A stretch of 58,895 bases of DNA, the filler included. It is 4 parts of 4 records of this genome, joined end to end, with 100 filler letters (N's around TTAATTAATTAA, not from the genome) between each part and the next. Parts side by side here need not be neighbours in the genome. Positions count along the whole stretch, not along the records: positions 28,953 to 46,667 come from SRR20825006_2211; 3 more parts are not named here. The stretch is one strand, 5' to 3'. Below are positions 33,787 through 44,126 of the stretch, piece by piece (positions within the stretch are counted from its first letter, which is position 1; the number at the start of each line of letters is the position of its first letter). The position numbers and the translations under genes were made by a program. The notes under the pieces are model-generated. The model saw nothing but the letters and a program-made list of their open reading frames with translations, did no database searches and was not told where the DNA came from.

Positions 33787-35655
33787 TTAGGGATTGTCAG
33801 TGTAGAGCGTGTAATCACCACTGCCACTGTATGACTTCACACGCCAGCGGTAGGTGCCACTGGTGCCGTTGTAGGTCACTTCTTCGTTTGAGCTCGCCGT
33901 CTCACTGCTGGCCACGCTCGACCAACTGCTAAAGAACAGGCGGCGGCTATATTTTTCCAGAATGAGATCGAAATCGGCATTTGCAGGGCCCTCTAGCAGA
34001 CCATAGAACTGGCCACCATTGCTGGAGAAACCGCCACTGCTCGGGCTGTAGTCATTGTCATTACTGCCGGTGAGCGTGCCACTGGTTTGCTCACACTCAG
34101 GGCAGGGACCAGCACCGGGCTCTTGCAGGCTCAGCAGCTGGCTATCTGTATCCTGCTGGCCAGCAGTGTCGCTCACAGTCAGCGTAACGGTAACGTCGCC
34201 GTAGGCTGCATAAGTATGGCTAACACTCGCGCCAGCGGCCGAGCTTCCATCGCCAAAGTTCCAGCTGTACTGCTGAATGCCCTGATCGTCAGACGATGCC
34301 GACGCATCAAAGCTACAGCTGAGTTCATTACAGCTATAGCTAAAGGACGCCACCGGCGGGAAGTCGACACCTTCACCTTGGGCAACCTGCAGCAGCAGGT
34401 TGGGAGAACCACTGCCCAGACCACTCAACTTATTGCTGGTACCGTCTTGCAATAGTGTGCTGAAAACACTGGCCGGTGCTGCGTTAGGGTTTTGCGACAG
34501 AATCAACGCCGCCGCACCGGCAACGTGTGGCGCAGCCATTGATGTGCCGCTGATGGTGTTAGTGTCGTTATCGCCCTGGTACCAGGCAGAGGTGATCGCC
34601 GAACCGGGAGCAAAGATATCAACGCAGCTTCCTTTATTGGAGAAAGAAGAACGCGAATCAGATGACGTTGTTGAGCCAACAGTCACCGCTTCAGCCACGC
34701 GGTTAGGTGAACCGCTACAGGCGTCGGTATTGTCATTGCCGGCTGCCACCACAAAGGTAACGCCCGCATTAATCGCGCCTTTTACTGCTTCATCCAAAGC
34801 GGTACTGTTGCCGCCGCCGAGGCTCATGTTGGCAACTGCTGGTGCTTGATGGTTTGCCGCGACCCAGTCCACACCGGCAATAACACCGGAGTTGCTGCCA
34901 GAACCGTTACAACCCAGTACACGCACCGGATACACTGTGGCGCCCTTTGCCACACCGTAGGTGCTGCCCGCGGCCGTACCGGCAACGTGGGTGCCGTGAC
35001 CATTACAGTCATCGGTATCTTCAGGGTCAGTACTGCTAAAGAACAAGCCGCCAGAGGCGGCAAAGTTACGCCCTACACCTGTACGGCCGGAGAACTCATT
35101 GTGACTGCTGCGAATACCGGTATCGACGATGTAAACGTGAACGCCACTGCCATCGGCGCTGTAAGAGTATTGATTATCCAGCGGCAGCGAAGGCTGGTCG
35201 ACACGATCCAGTCCCCAGGTCGCGTTATTCTGAACCGCAGCAATCGAGACGGTCTGATCCTGCTCAACCAGTTTTACCAGGGGATTCTTGGCCAGTAAGG
35301 CCGCCGCTTCCGGGCTCATTTTGGCCACGAAACCGCTGACCGCATTTTGATAAACACCCAATAGCTGACCGCCTACTGTCGCGAGCAATTCATCCACCAG
35401 GTCTGGCAGAGGCAGCGCCCCAAGCAAGCTGTCTTCTGCCTTTTGCAACAGCACAATGTATTGACCGTCGATCGGCTCACCTGCGGTCAGGTCGTCAGAG
35501 ACCGAGGTTTCAAAGGTGCCTAGCTGCTGAGCGTCGTCTTGCTGCGCGGCACTCTGCAGGTTCGCGTCATCGCCCGAACCACCACTACCGCCGCCACATG
35601 CTGACAAGCCAAAGGCCAGCATCGAGCTCATAATCAGCGCTCTGTTTTTCATCAT
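33787..35655 (-). CDS. S8 subtilase (aqualysin/proteinase K-like) with I9 propeptide, PKD and C-terminal PPC-like domain; lipoprotein
   Basis: [19 protein letters not shown] catalytic triad. WNFGDG PKD motif. LSAC lipobox. Confidence 0.94.
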   Translation of the reverse strand: MMKNRALIMSSMLAFGLSACGGGSGGSGDDANLQSAAQQDDAQQLGTFETSVSDDLTAGEPIDGQYIVLLQKAEDSLLGALPLPDLVDELLATVGGQLLGVYQNAVSGFVAKMSPEAAALLAKNPLVKLVEQDQTVSIAAVQNNATWGLDRVDQPSLPLDNQYSYSADGSGVHVYIVDTGIRSSHNEFSGRTGVGRNFAASGGLFFSSTDPEDTDDCNGHGTHVAGTAAGSTYGVAKGATVYPVRVLGCNGSGSNSGVIAGVDWVAANHQAPAVANMSLGGGNSTALDEAVKGAINAGVTFVVAAGNDNTDACSGSPNRVAEAVTVGSTTSSDSRSSFSNKGSCVDIFAPGSAITSAWYQGDNDTNTISGTSMAAPHVAGAAALILSQNPNAAPASVFSTLLQDGTSNKLSGLGSGSPNLLLQVAQGEGVDFPPVASFSYSCNELSCSFDASASSDDQGIQQYSWNFGDGSSAAGASVSHTYAAYGDVTVTLTVSDTAGQQDTDSQLLSLQEPGAGPCPECEQTSGTLTGSNDNDYSPSSGGFSSNGGQFYGLLEGPANADFDLILEKYSRRLFFSSWSSVASSETASSNEEVTYNGTSGTYRWRVKSYSGSGDYTLYTDNP

Positions 35656-35827
35656 TGAAGTGCGTCCCCAATCAATTTTTATATTGTCCCAACGAAAAAA
35701 CCCGATCCTTTCTTCGGGCCAGCGACGACTATAAACAAAGCGCGCTTACGCAAACTGTTAACTGATGCCGATTGGAGAACTGGCGCGACTCAATTGCCTC
35801 GTTTTGTGACAGTGATCAACAAATGCC

Positions 35828-36850
35828 CTACCAGCGGGCGAAGTGATCTTCTGCAAAACCCCACTGCCCGGACAATTCCAACTCCTCGCCCGGCAGGCTA
35901 ATGCGACCATAGTAGCGGCCAAAAAACTGGGTAAAGTTTGAAGCGATCACCACCGCGTTGCGCTTTTCACTGCGCTGACCCGCTGGTTCAAAACGCAGAT
36001 CCAAGATGCCATCTTGCGACCGCATACCCCACGGCGCCTCGCCGTCTTGGCGGTCAAAGTCGAACACGACGGTGCTAAGCTTCACCATCTGATCATCCAG
36101 CCACAGCGCATTTTCGGTATAGCCCGTATCATTCACACCGGCGACTAAATTAAAGCCGATGCGACGGCCATCACTGAGGTGGGCTGACAAGCTTCCCCAG
36201 TTCCAGAACGTCTCGCGCCGCATATAGCCTGCGCTCCAATCCACTCCCGCCAGCGCCGACATCGCCGCGAGGTCGTAGTCGCGCCCCCGCCACCGCACGC
36301 TACCCGACACCGGCCTGGCCGTGGTTTTCTGGGTGTACACCCAGCCCGCATAGCCTGCTCGCGTGCAAATCGATAACGGTTGATAGCCCTGTTCTTCATC
36401 GATGATTGCGTCGACCTGCAAACCACTGGCAAGCGACACAGTGAGGTGGCGTTGGCCGGGCCCGGCGACAATCTTTACGCGATTTTTCCCCGAGCAAAAA
36501 TGCGCCTCGCCGTTATTGGGCTGAGTGTGAATGGCCGTTTTCAGACCCAGGGGCTGAACAAAGCTGAACTCATCGTACTCACCGCTATCCGGCGCATAGC
36601 AATAGACAAAGGCATTGCTCACCCACTTCAGGTCGACAATCGCCACGCCAATTATCAGCTCGTCGCAACATAGCGATAAAAACTGGAATTGGTTGAAAGC
36701 AAAGTGGCGCGCCAACTTGCCTCGCGGCTTATCCATTGCGTTGCGCAGGTCGTAGTCGCGGTAATTGATATCGCCGACAGGCCGCTCGAAAACGCCAAAA
36801 TGAGGCTGCCCATTCGCCTTGATTAACGCTGCTAAATCACCCAACTTCAC
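35828..36850 (-). CDS. DUF2804-like protein
   Basis: FNQFQF, GWVYTQK, DWSAGYMRRETFWNW, TENALW, EDHFARW pattern. Confidence 0.75.
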   Translation of the reverse strand: MKLGDLAALIKANGQPHFGVFERPVGDINYRDYDLRNAMDKPRGKLARHFAFNQFQFLSLCCDELIIGVAIVDLKWVSNAFVYCYAPDSGEYDEFSFVQPLGLKTAIHTQPNNGEAHFCSGKNRVKIVAGPGQRHLTVSLASGLQVDAIIDEEQGYQPLSICTRAGYAGWVYTQKTTARPVSGSVRWRGRDYDLAAMSALAGVDWSAGYMRRETFWNWGSLSAHLSDGRRIGFNLVAGVNDTGYTENALWLDDQMVKLSTVVFDFDRQDGEAPWGMRSQDGILDLRFEPAGQRSEKRNAVVIASNFTQFFGRYYGRISLPGEELELSGQWGFAEDHFARW

Positions 36851-37167
36851 TTCTCCATCGTCGACGGCTATGCCCTTCTAAACGGCGCCTATGGTAGACC
36901 AAAGCGCCTGAAGTCAACAGCTGAGACATGGTCATCATTACCCACAGCCAGACGCGCGGCGTTATTATTTTCGATGAGCACTGACCAGAATTTTCCCCGA
37001 CGATGCAGCAATGGCTAAGCGACGCTAAAATCAACAGCCGCAAACACCGCGTAGAGGTGCTTGGAAAATGCCCCTAAAGCCTATATCAATCCGCTGGAGT
37101 CGCGTAATGTCGGCACAATGCTTGTCCAGGGAAGCGCCAAATCACAGTAAAAAACACAGGAAGCACT

Positions 37168-37854
37168 ATGAAGATTTTGATGGTTCTCACCTCTCACGAC
37201 CAACTCGGTGACAGCGGCGAGAAAACCGGTTTTTGGCTAGAAGAGTTTGCCGCCCCTTACTATGTTTTTCACGATGCGGGCGCCGACATTACGCTGGCAT
37301 CACCAGCCGGTGGGCAGCCTCCACTCGATCCCAAAAGCGCGGCGGCCGATGCCCAAACCCCGGCAACAGCGCGTTTTAATCAGGACGCCGATGCTCAGCA
37401 GCGCCTTGCCCATACGCAGCGCTTAAACGATATGCGCGAACGCGACTTCGACGCAATCTTCTACCCCGGCGGCCACGGGCCACTCTGGGATCTCGCGGAA
37501 GATCCGCATTCAGTGCTGCTCATCGAACAGTTTATTCACGCCGAGAAGCCCGTCGCCGCGGTCTGCCACGCGCCCGCCGTCTTTCGCCACAGTATCGCCG
37601 CGAATGGCGAACCCTTGGTCAAGGGCAAACGCGTAACGGCGTTTAGCAATAGCGAAGAAGAGGCGGTTGGGCTTAGCAAGGTGGTGCCCTTTTCACTGGA
37701 GGATATGCTGAGCGAGCGCGGCGCGGTCTATCAAAAAGCCGAGGACTGGGCCAGCCATATCGTCTGTGACGGCCTGATCTTTACCGGCCAAAACCCCGCC
37801 TCCTCGGCGGCCCTCGCCGAAGCCTTGCTAGCCCATCTCGCAAAAGGAAGCTAG
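37168..37854 (+). CDS. DJ-1/PfpI (type 1 glutamine amidotransferase-like) protein
   Basis: TGFWLEEFAAPYY, PGGHGPLWDL, AVCHAP, TGQNPAS. Confidence 0.93.
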   Translation: MKILMVLTSHDQLGDSGEKTGFWLEEFAAPYYVFHDAGADITLASPAGGQPPLDPKSAAADAQTPATARFNQDADAQQRLAHTQRLNDMRERDFDAIFYPGGHGPLWDLAEDPHSVLLIEQFIHAEKPVAAVCHAPAVFRHSIAANGEPLVKGKRVTAFSNSEEEAVGLSKVVPFSLEDMLSERGAVYQKAEDWASHIVCDGLIFTGQNPASSAALAEALLAHLAKGS

Positions 37855-37925
37855 ATGCCAGCCCGGCGCGACAGCATGCGCCGGGCAGCCTACAATAGTG
37901 GCGACATTCTAAGAACCTGCTCGCC

Positions 37926-38654
37926 ATGCGTGAACCCACACGACCAGCCACTCCCCCGCCTTCCTTTTTGCACGCCTGTCAGCAAACCGGCGCTGCTTCT
38001 GAGGGCCTGATACGCCTGAGCGCGGAATTTGATAGTGCGGCGTTCACACCGTCTTTATTTGAGCAGTGGTCACTGTATTGCCCCGACAATATTGCCGACT
38101 CAATTACCAAGCGCCAGGCAGAGTTCTTCGCCGGCCGCTGGCTGGCCAGCCAAGCGCTGGTTCAGTTTGGACATCAAAATTTCACCGTCTTAGCCGATGA
38201 AAAGCGCTGCCCACTTTGGCCGGCCGGCACCGTCGGCAGCATCACTCACAGCGACAACCAGGTTCGCTGCGCCATCGGTCGAGCCAGTGTGTATCAGACG
38301 CTGGGTATCGATATTCAGCCCTCGCTGAGCGAAGCCGCAGCGCAAAAGCTGCAACGGCGGATTTTGTCACCAAGCGAAGTGCAGTTATTGGCATCGAGCG
38401 CATTGCCCTTTGTTGTTGGGGTCGCGCTGAGTTTTTCGGCGAAGGAAAGCATTTATAAGGCGCTCTATCCCATTGTGAAGCGCTATTTTGGCTTTGCCTG
38501 CGCTCGCTTGGTCGCGACAGAGGCTTGCGCCCAGACATTGCGGTTCACTATCGACGACGAGCTCTCTTGCCTACCCGGCTGCCCCCGTGAAGTCAGCGTG
38601 CGCTATGAGTACACCCAGGAATTTGTGTACACAGAAGTCGCGCTATCGAGATAA
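37926..38654 (+). CDS. 4'-phosphopantetheinyl transferase (EntD/Sfp type)
   Basis: KRQAEFFAGR, PLWPAGTVGSITHS, GIDIQ, FSAKESIYKA. Confidence 0.9.
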   Translation: MREPTRPATPPPSFLHACQQTGAASEGLIRLSAEFDSAAFTPSLFEQWSLYCPDNIADSITKRQAEFFAGRWLASQALVQFGHQNFTVLADEKRCPLWPAGTVGSITHSDNQVRCAIGRASVYQTLGIDIQPSLSEAAAQKLQRRILSPSEVQLLASSALPFVVGVALSFSAKESIYKALYPIVKRYFGFACARLVATEACAQTLRFTIDDELSCLPGCPREVSVRYEYTQEFVYTEVALSR

Positions 38655-38672
38655 CCGCTAAACCAACAGGCG

Positions 38673-38697
38673 AAAAAAAGGGCACCCTAGGGCGCCC
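38673..38697 (-). terminator. Terminator
   Basis: Minus strand GGGCGCC-ctag-GGTGCCC-T7. Confidence 0.75.
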
Positions 38698-38743
38698 AAG
38701 TAGATGCTGGAGAAGCATTTGCCCCGTAACCCGGGGCGAGGTA

Positions 38744-39583
38744 TCACAGTGCCAGCGGCTGGCTGACCACTGGAATAGGGGGAAGTAATTCGATTTCGGC
38801 GCTTAAAATGGTGCCGCCGTCGCTGAAGTAGGTGGCCAGCGATGCGGGGTCATCTTTTATGGCACCCAGCAGGGGGACAACTGCAAACAGTGTGTCGGGG
38901 CCAAGGCCTGAACCGATGGTCGTTAGCGACTGCGGGTCGGCAACAACACCTGTGATGAAGCCTTCAACGGCACCCACGGCCATTTCCACTTTTGCCAGCG
39001 TCGCGTAGTCAGCGAGTGCTGGAATATCGATAATCGCGTCCAGCCCGGGAATACTCAGGTCTCCGGTACCTACTGCTGCGATCTGCGCCAGTGGCAGGAA
39101 GTCAGCGCCGGGCAGTCCGCCAGTGCCCAAACCATTCAAGATACTCAGTACGGCATCCACACCGGGTAATTGCGGCGTTTCAGATGACAGCAGTGGCAGC
39201 GCGTCCAACAGGTCACTCAGCCCCGGAACATCGCCCGCACCAGCGCCGCCCATACCACCTATGCCCAACACGCCAACGAGGGGCAGTGAATCCAGGCCGG
39301 GTAGACCACCGCTACCAATATTGCCCAGTACATCGGGGAGTGCTTCCAAGCCTGGCAGCGGCAACGCGTCTAAACCTGGTAAGCCTGCGCCAGACAGGCC
39401 ATCCAGGCCCGCAGCGGGATTCGTCAATGCATCGAGAGGCAGCGCGCCGATAATAGGCAGGCTGCCAAGGCTTGTAAGCAGACCACCAAGAACAGGAATT
39501 TGTGCCGCTTGGGCATGACTAAAGCTGGATGCCGCCAGCGAGACGCTTAGGGCAAGGCCATTTCTTAAACCGCGGAAAGACAT
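38744..39583 (-). CDS. Secreted Leu/Pro/Gly-rich repeat hypothetical protein
   Basis: Signal peptide, GGAG RBS, own terminator, repeated LPGLDxLP motif. Confidence 0.8.
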   Translation of the reverse strand: MSFRGLRNGLALSVSLAASSFSHAQAAQIPVLGGLLTSLGSLPIIGALPLDALTNPAAGLDGLSGAGLPGLDALPLPGLEALPDVLGNIGSGGLPGLDSLPLVGVLGIGGMGGAGAGDVPGLSDLLDALPLLSSETPQLPGVDAVLSILNGLGTGGLPGADFLPLAQIAAVGTGDLSIPGLDAIIDIPALADYATLAKVEMAVGAVEGFITGVVADPQSLTTIGSGLGPDTLFAVVPLLGAIKDDPASLATYFSDGGTILSAEIELLPPIPVVSQPLAL

Positions 39584-39672
39584 GGTAAAGACTCCGTATT
39601 TATCATTTATTGCGAGACGTGTCGTTTCGAGTAACCATCAACGGCACGATCCTACGCGCAAGCTCTGCAGCA

Positions 39673-39694
39673 AAATTTGAACTCGCTCACATTT
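39673..39694. promoter_or_regulatory. CRP/Vfr-type binding site
   Basis: AAATTTGA-actcgc-TCACATTT, one mismatch to AAATGTGA-N6-TCACATTT. Confidence 0.7.
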
Positions 39695-40027
39695 GACAAC
39701 ATCGCCACATATTAAATGCGTTATAAATAAACACTCTGCTATCAGTGAGTTATTGCGGGCTACATTACTATGCACAACTACGAACAGTAATACGTAGATA
39801 CCCGTATCTTAACAAGTGTTTACCTATATTTTGAAGCCTATCGCAATGAAACACACCCCCGACTTTGCGCCGTACCTGAGCGCGTTAGTGAGCGCTATTC
39901 CTGACCAAATTACACATTGAGATCGCCTTGCCATAGACTGCATGGGCAAGCCCTTATTGACGGCTACCACGCTTTCAATTTGCGCCTTATAGCCGCACTT
40001 ACTGCACCGAGTTCGAAGGACACACCA

Positions 40028-40477
40028 ATGACCGCATCACCGCTAAGCCAGCGCACGCACTACCGTTGGTTTACCCCAATCACCACCCGCTGGATGGACA
40101 ACGACGTCTATGGTCACGCAAATAACGTGAACTACTATTCGTGGTTCGACACAACCGCGAACCGTTATTTGATAGAAGCCTGTGGACTGGATATTCACCG
40201 CGGCGAGCAAATCGGGTACATCGTTCACAGCGAGTGTTTCTACACCTCTGCTGTGGCGTTTCCAGACGAGCTGGAGGGCGCGCTGTGCGTCAACAAACTG
40301 GGCAATAGTTCAGTAGAGTACGGCGTAGCGATTTTCCGGCGGGGAGAAACCACCGCCGCCGCACACGGCCGCTTTACCCATGTGTTTGTCAATCGACAAA
40401 GCGAACGCCCCATGCCGATGGCCCCAGCGCTTAGGCAGGGCCTGGAAAAAATTCAACGTGAGGCCGAACCATCGTGA
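40028..40477 (+). CDS. Acyl-CoA thioesterase (4HBT/YbgC family)
   Basis: TRWMDNDVYGHANNVNYYSWFD. Confidence 0.9.
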   Translation: MTASPLSQRTHYRWFTPITTRWMDNDVYGHANNVNYYSWFDTTANRYLIEACGLDIHRGEQIGYIVHSECFYTSAVAFPDELEGALCVNKLGNSSVEYGVAIFRRGETTAAAHGRFTHVFVNRQSERPMPMAPALRQGLEKIQREAEPS

Positions 40478-41112
40478 CTAGCACCGCATTTCGTCAATGC
40501 CGACCTAGCGATAGGGAAAAAGCCCTACCGCTTATCATCAGCTCCGGCCCGGAAGCGTTCCACTACGTGTTCTGCGACCGCCAAAGCGAGCAACTTACGT
40601 CGTTTCTAGAACGCGCCTTCGTCGCCAAAGGCAACGAATTCAGCCACGATCAACACCTCGCTCTTATCGACAACGACCAGCTGGTGGCCGTGGGCGCACT
40701 GCGCTACGCAGAACAAACCAATCGTTTCACCCTAGCCGCGATGCGTCTGATTTTCGCCCACTATTCACCACTGGCTGCACTGCGCACAGCCTGGCGCGGC
40801 CTGCGCACCGAGTCGGTTATCAAGCCGCCGGGTAAAGGTGTCGCCTTTATCTATCAGCTTGCCGTGTGTCCCGAACAACGAAGCCGGGGCTTTGGGCGGC
40901 AAATGATTGCCGAGCTGCTATCCCGCGCCAGTCAGCAAGGCTACCGGCGCGCAGGCCTCAATGTGTCGGTGGAAAACCCCCGCGCCCAAGCCCTGTATGA
41001 ACAACTCGGGTTTCGCGTTCAGCGAGAATACAGCGGCGAGCTGCGCAGCCCCTACGGCTACGTACCGGGCCAGCGTTATATGGAGTGTGAACTTCACGCC
41101 ACCAATCAATAA
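40474..41112 (+). CDS. GNAT N-acetyltransferase
   Basis: LAVCPEQRSRGFG, NPRAQALYEQLGF. Confidence 0.88.
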   Translation: MTSTAFRQCRPSDREKALPLIISSGPEAFHYVFCDRQSEQLTSFLERAFVAKGNEFSHDQHLALIDNDQLVAVGALRYAEQTNRFTLAAMRLIFAHYSPLAALRTAWRGLRTESVIKPPGKGVAFIYQLAVCPEQRSRGFGRQMIAELLSRASQQGYRRAGLNVSVENPRAQALYEQLGFRVQREYSGELRSPYGYVPGQRYMECELHATNQ

Positions 41113-41124
41113 AGGAGAGCAAGT

Positions 41125-42585
41125 ATGCAGTTGCAGCGCCCCGATCTGCTTCGCGACAACAACTACATTAACGGCCAATGGCAGGCTGCCGCCAGTGGCC
41201 GACGCTTTCCCGTAGAGAACCCCGCCAATGGCGAGAAACTGACAGAGGTTGCCGATGGCGGCACCGCCGACATGGACGCCGCCATCACAGCAGCTGACGC
41301 CGCGCAAGCCGCCTGGCAAAGCGAAACACCTAAAACCCGCGCGCAGATTCTGCAGCGCTGGTATCAGTTAATCATTGAACACCGCCGCGATCTCGCGGCG
41401 ATTCTCACCGCCGAACAGGGCAAAGTAATCGCCGAGGCGGATGCTGAAATTGGCTACGGCGCCAACTATGTTGAATGGTTTTCTGAAGAGGCAAAGCGCA
41501 TCGATGGCGACATTCTCGCAGCCCCGTCGCGCGACAAACGGCTACTGGTCATCAAACAGGCTATTGGTGTGGTTGCGGCGATTACGCCGTGGAATTTCCC
41601 CAACGCCATGATCACTCGCAAGGCCGCGCCGGCATTGGCGGCGGGTTGCTGCATTGTGATCAAACCCGCCCATGAAACGCCGCTCAGTGCGCTCGCCTTA
41701 GCGGCCCTGGCCGACGAGGCCGGCTTCCCTGCCGGGGTGTTTAATGTGGTCTGCGGCACACAGGCCAGCGACATCGGCAGCGTGATGACAAGCAGCCCAT
41801 TGGTGCGCAAAGTCAGCTTCACCGGATCGACCCGCGTCGGCAAAATTCTGATGGAACAGTGCGCCGCGACGGTTAAAAAAACGTCCATGGAGTTGGGCGG
41901 CAATGCGCCATTTATCGTATTTGACGACGCCGATATCGACGCCGCCGTCGCCGGCGCCCTGGCGTCTAAGTACCGCAACGCAGGCCAAACGTGTATCTGT
42001 AGCAATCGCATTCTCGTGCAGGATGGCATCTACGATGCCTTTGCCGCGCGCTTTGCCGCCGAAGTCCAACAATTCCGACTCGGCGATGGCCGCGACAGCG
42101 ATGCCACAATGGGGCCCCTCATTACCCGCCAGGCGTGCGACAAGGTCACCGCGCTGGTCGACGATGCGCTATCGAAAGGCGCATCAGCCATTACCGGCGG
42201 ACGACGCGCCAGTATCGGCGAGCATTTTTTTGAACCGACTGTGCTGCGCGATGCCACGCCAGCTATGCGGGTATTTCAGGAAGAAATTTTTGGCCCGGTG
42301 GCCCCCTTGTTCCGCTTCGAGGATGAACAACAGGCAATCGCGCTGGCCAATGACACTAACTACGGGCTCGCCGCGTACTTTTACACCCAGAATTTAAACC
42401 GCGTCTGGCGGGTGGCAGAGGCCCTTGAGTACGGCATTATCGGCATTAACGAAGGCGTCACGTCGAGTGAAATGGCGCCTTTCGGCGGTATGAAGGAATC
42501 GGGGATCGGTCGCGAAGGCTCGAAATACGGCATCGACGACTACGTTGAGCTGAAGTACCTGTGTCTGGGTGGCCTGGACAGCTAG
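41125..42585 (+). CDS. gabD: NAD(P)-dependent succinate-semialdehyde dehydrogenase
   Basis: ITPWNFP, FTGST, MELGGNAP, RNAGQTC, EEIFGP, GREGSKYG. Confidence 0.9.
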   Translation: MQLQRPDLLRDNNYINGQWQAAASGRRFPVENPANGEKLTEVADGGTADMDAAITAADAAQAAWQSETPKTRAQILQRWYQLIIEHRRDLAAILTAEQGKVIAEADAEIGYGANYVEWFSEEAKRIDGDILAAPSRDKRLLVIKQAIGVVAAITPWNFPNAMITRKAAPALAAGCCIVIKPAHETPLSALALAALADEAGFPAGVFNVVCGTQASDIGSVMTSSPLVRKVSFTGSTRVGKILMEQCAATVKKTSMELGGNAPFIVFDDADIDAAVAGALASKYRNAGQTCICSNRILVQDGIYDAFAARFAAEVQQFRLGDGRDSDATMGPLITRQACDKVTALVDDALSKGASAITGGRRASIGEHFFEPTVLRDATPAMRVFQEEIFGPVAPLFRFEDEQQAIALANDTNYGLAAYFYTQNLNRVWRVAEALEYGIIGINEGVTSSEMAPFGGMKESGIGREGSKYGIDDYVELKYLCLGGLDS

Positions 42586-42600
42586 CGGCAATCTTCAGGC

Positions 42601-42628
42601 AAAAAAAAGCCCCCAAAAGGGGGCTCTT
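42601..42628. terminator. Terminator between convergent gabD and P450
   Basis: A8-GCCCCC-aaaa-GGGGGC-TCTT. Confidence 0.8.
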
Positions 42629-42644
42629 AGCACGGCCGCTACAC

Positions 42645-43892
42645 TTAGACTTCTGGGTCAAAAGTAATCGGCATGGCTTTAATGGTGTTGATGAAGAACG
42701 AGCGCATGTAGGTAACATCGCCGGCAAACTTGGGGTTACGCAGGCGTGGAATCAGCTCTTCAAAAATAATGTTCAGCTCCATGCGCGCCAGGTTCATACC
42801 CAGGCAGAAATGCTCGCCGATACCAAAAGAACGGATCTCGCGGCGCATATTCGGCAGGCGCTTAGCGCGGTGAATATCGAACTTCATGGCATCGTCACCG
42901 TAGGCGTCTTCGTCGTGGTTGACTGCATGGTAGTGCAGCACAACTTTGTCGCCTTTTTTGATGTTGTGGCCATTCCATTCAATGTCCTGAGTAGCGGTGC
43001 GGCGCATCGCGATGAACGCGGTGTTGTAGCGCAGCATTTCCTCTACCGCATCGGGGATGTCTTCAGGGTGATCCACCAGGTGTTGCAGCTGCTCGGGGTG
43101 CTCGATCAGCAGGCGCATACCGTGAGCGGTTGCAGTACGAGTACTCTCGTTACCACCCACCATAATCAGGATGAACATCCAGGCGAACATTTCCTCGTCG
43201 ACTTTTTTGCCGTCAACTTCACCATTCAGCAAGGCTTCAACCACGGGGCTGGTGGGGTTTTCGCGCTGTTTGGCAGCCAGTTCAGCAGCGTAGGCAATAA
43301 CCTCAAAGCTGACCGCGTTGGCTTCATCGCGGCTGGTCGCCAAGTCGGGGTCATCGGCGAAGGCCATGATGTTAGTCCAATCGAAGAACTGCTTGCGGTC
43401 TTCCTGGGGCACGCCCAGCAATTCCAGAATTGCCATCAAGGGCAACTCGGCAGCCACATCTTCAACAAACTCACACTCGCCTTTCTTGGCAACACGGTCA
43501 ATGATTGAGCGCGCACCCTTGCGCAGCCACTCTTCCATATTTGCCACTGCGCGCGGCGTGAAAGCATCGCGAACAATTTTGCGGTACTTCATGTGCTTGG
43601 GTGGATCCATGGCGATAATGATGTTTTCGTGCATCACCGCTTGAATCTCTTCCTCACCTTCGGGCACTTCCATAGGGAAGGGGCCTTCAACGTTAGATGA
43701 GAATAAATCCGGGTTTTGCGAGACGAAATCCAGCGCATCACGCTTTACAACGGCCCAGTACGGCACGCCATTTTCGGGGTCATCCATGTACACCATTGAA
43801 CCGGCTTGGCGGATCTTCGCCAGCTCTTCATAGGGCATACCGTTTACGTAAGTATCCAGACTGAGCAGGTTGGTAAAGGGACACTGGCTCAT
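42645..43892 (-). CDS. Cytochrome P450 (CYP124/CYP125-like)
   Basis: MDPPKH, GGNEST I-helix, EEMLR, FGIGEHFCLG heme motif. Confidence 0.93.
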   Translation of the reverse strand: MSQCPFTNLLSLDTYVNGMPYEELAKIRQAGSMVYMDDPENGVPYWAVVKRDALDFVSQNPDLFSSNVEGPFPMEVPEGEEEIQAVMHENIIIAMDPPKHMKYRKIVRDAFTPRAVANMEEWLRKGARSIIDRVAKKGECEFVEDVAAELPLMAILELLGVPQEDRKQFFDWTNIMAFADDPDLATSRDEANAVSFEVIAYAAELAAKQRENPTSPVVEALLNGEVDGKKVDEEMFAWMFILIMVGGNESTRTATAHGMRLLIEHPEQLQHLVDHPEDIPDAVEEMLRYNTAFIAMRRTATQDIEWNGHNIKKGDKVVLHYHAVNHDEDAYGDDAMKFDIHRAKRLPNMRREIRSFGIGEHFCLGMNLARMELNIIFEELIPRLRNPKFAGDVTYMRSFFINTIKAMPITFDPEV

Positions 43893-44126
43893 AATTGTTT
43901 TCCTCAATTACGCCCGGCACGAGGGCTTTTTTCGATTATTTACCGCGTGACGACCCGGGAACGTGGTCATCATTAACCCCAAAAGTAACAGGTCATTAAC
44001 CAAATTTCGAGTTCATAAACGGTCAGGCAAATAACTTTATCGGCAACATTAAGATAGCCCGCTTTTATAGCACCAGCGAACAGAATCCCCGATAATGCTG
44101 CCTTTCGCCAACACCGAGACAGCACA

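Noticed and set aside
35805..35820. Possible CRP site TGTGA-N6-TCAAC upstream of the subtilase
   Set aside because: The second half-site has two mismatches; too weak to support.
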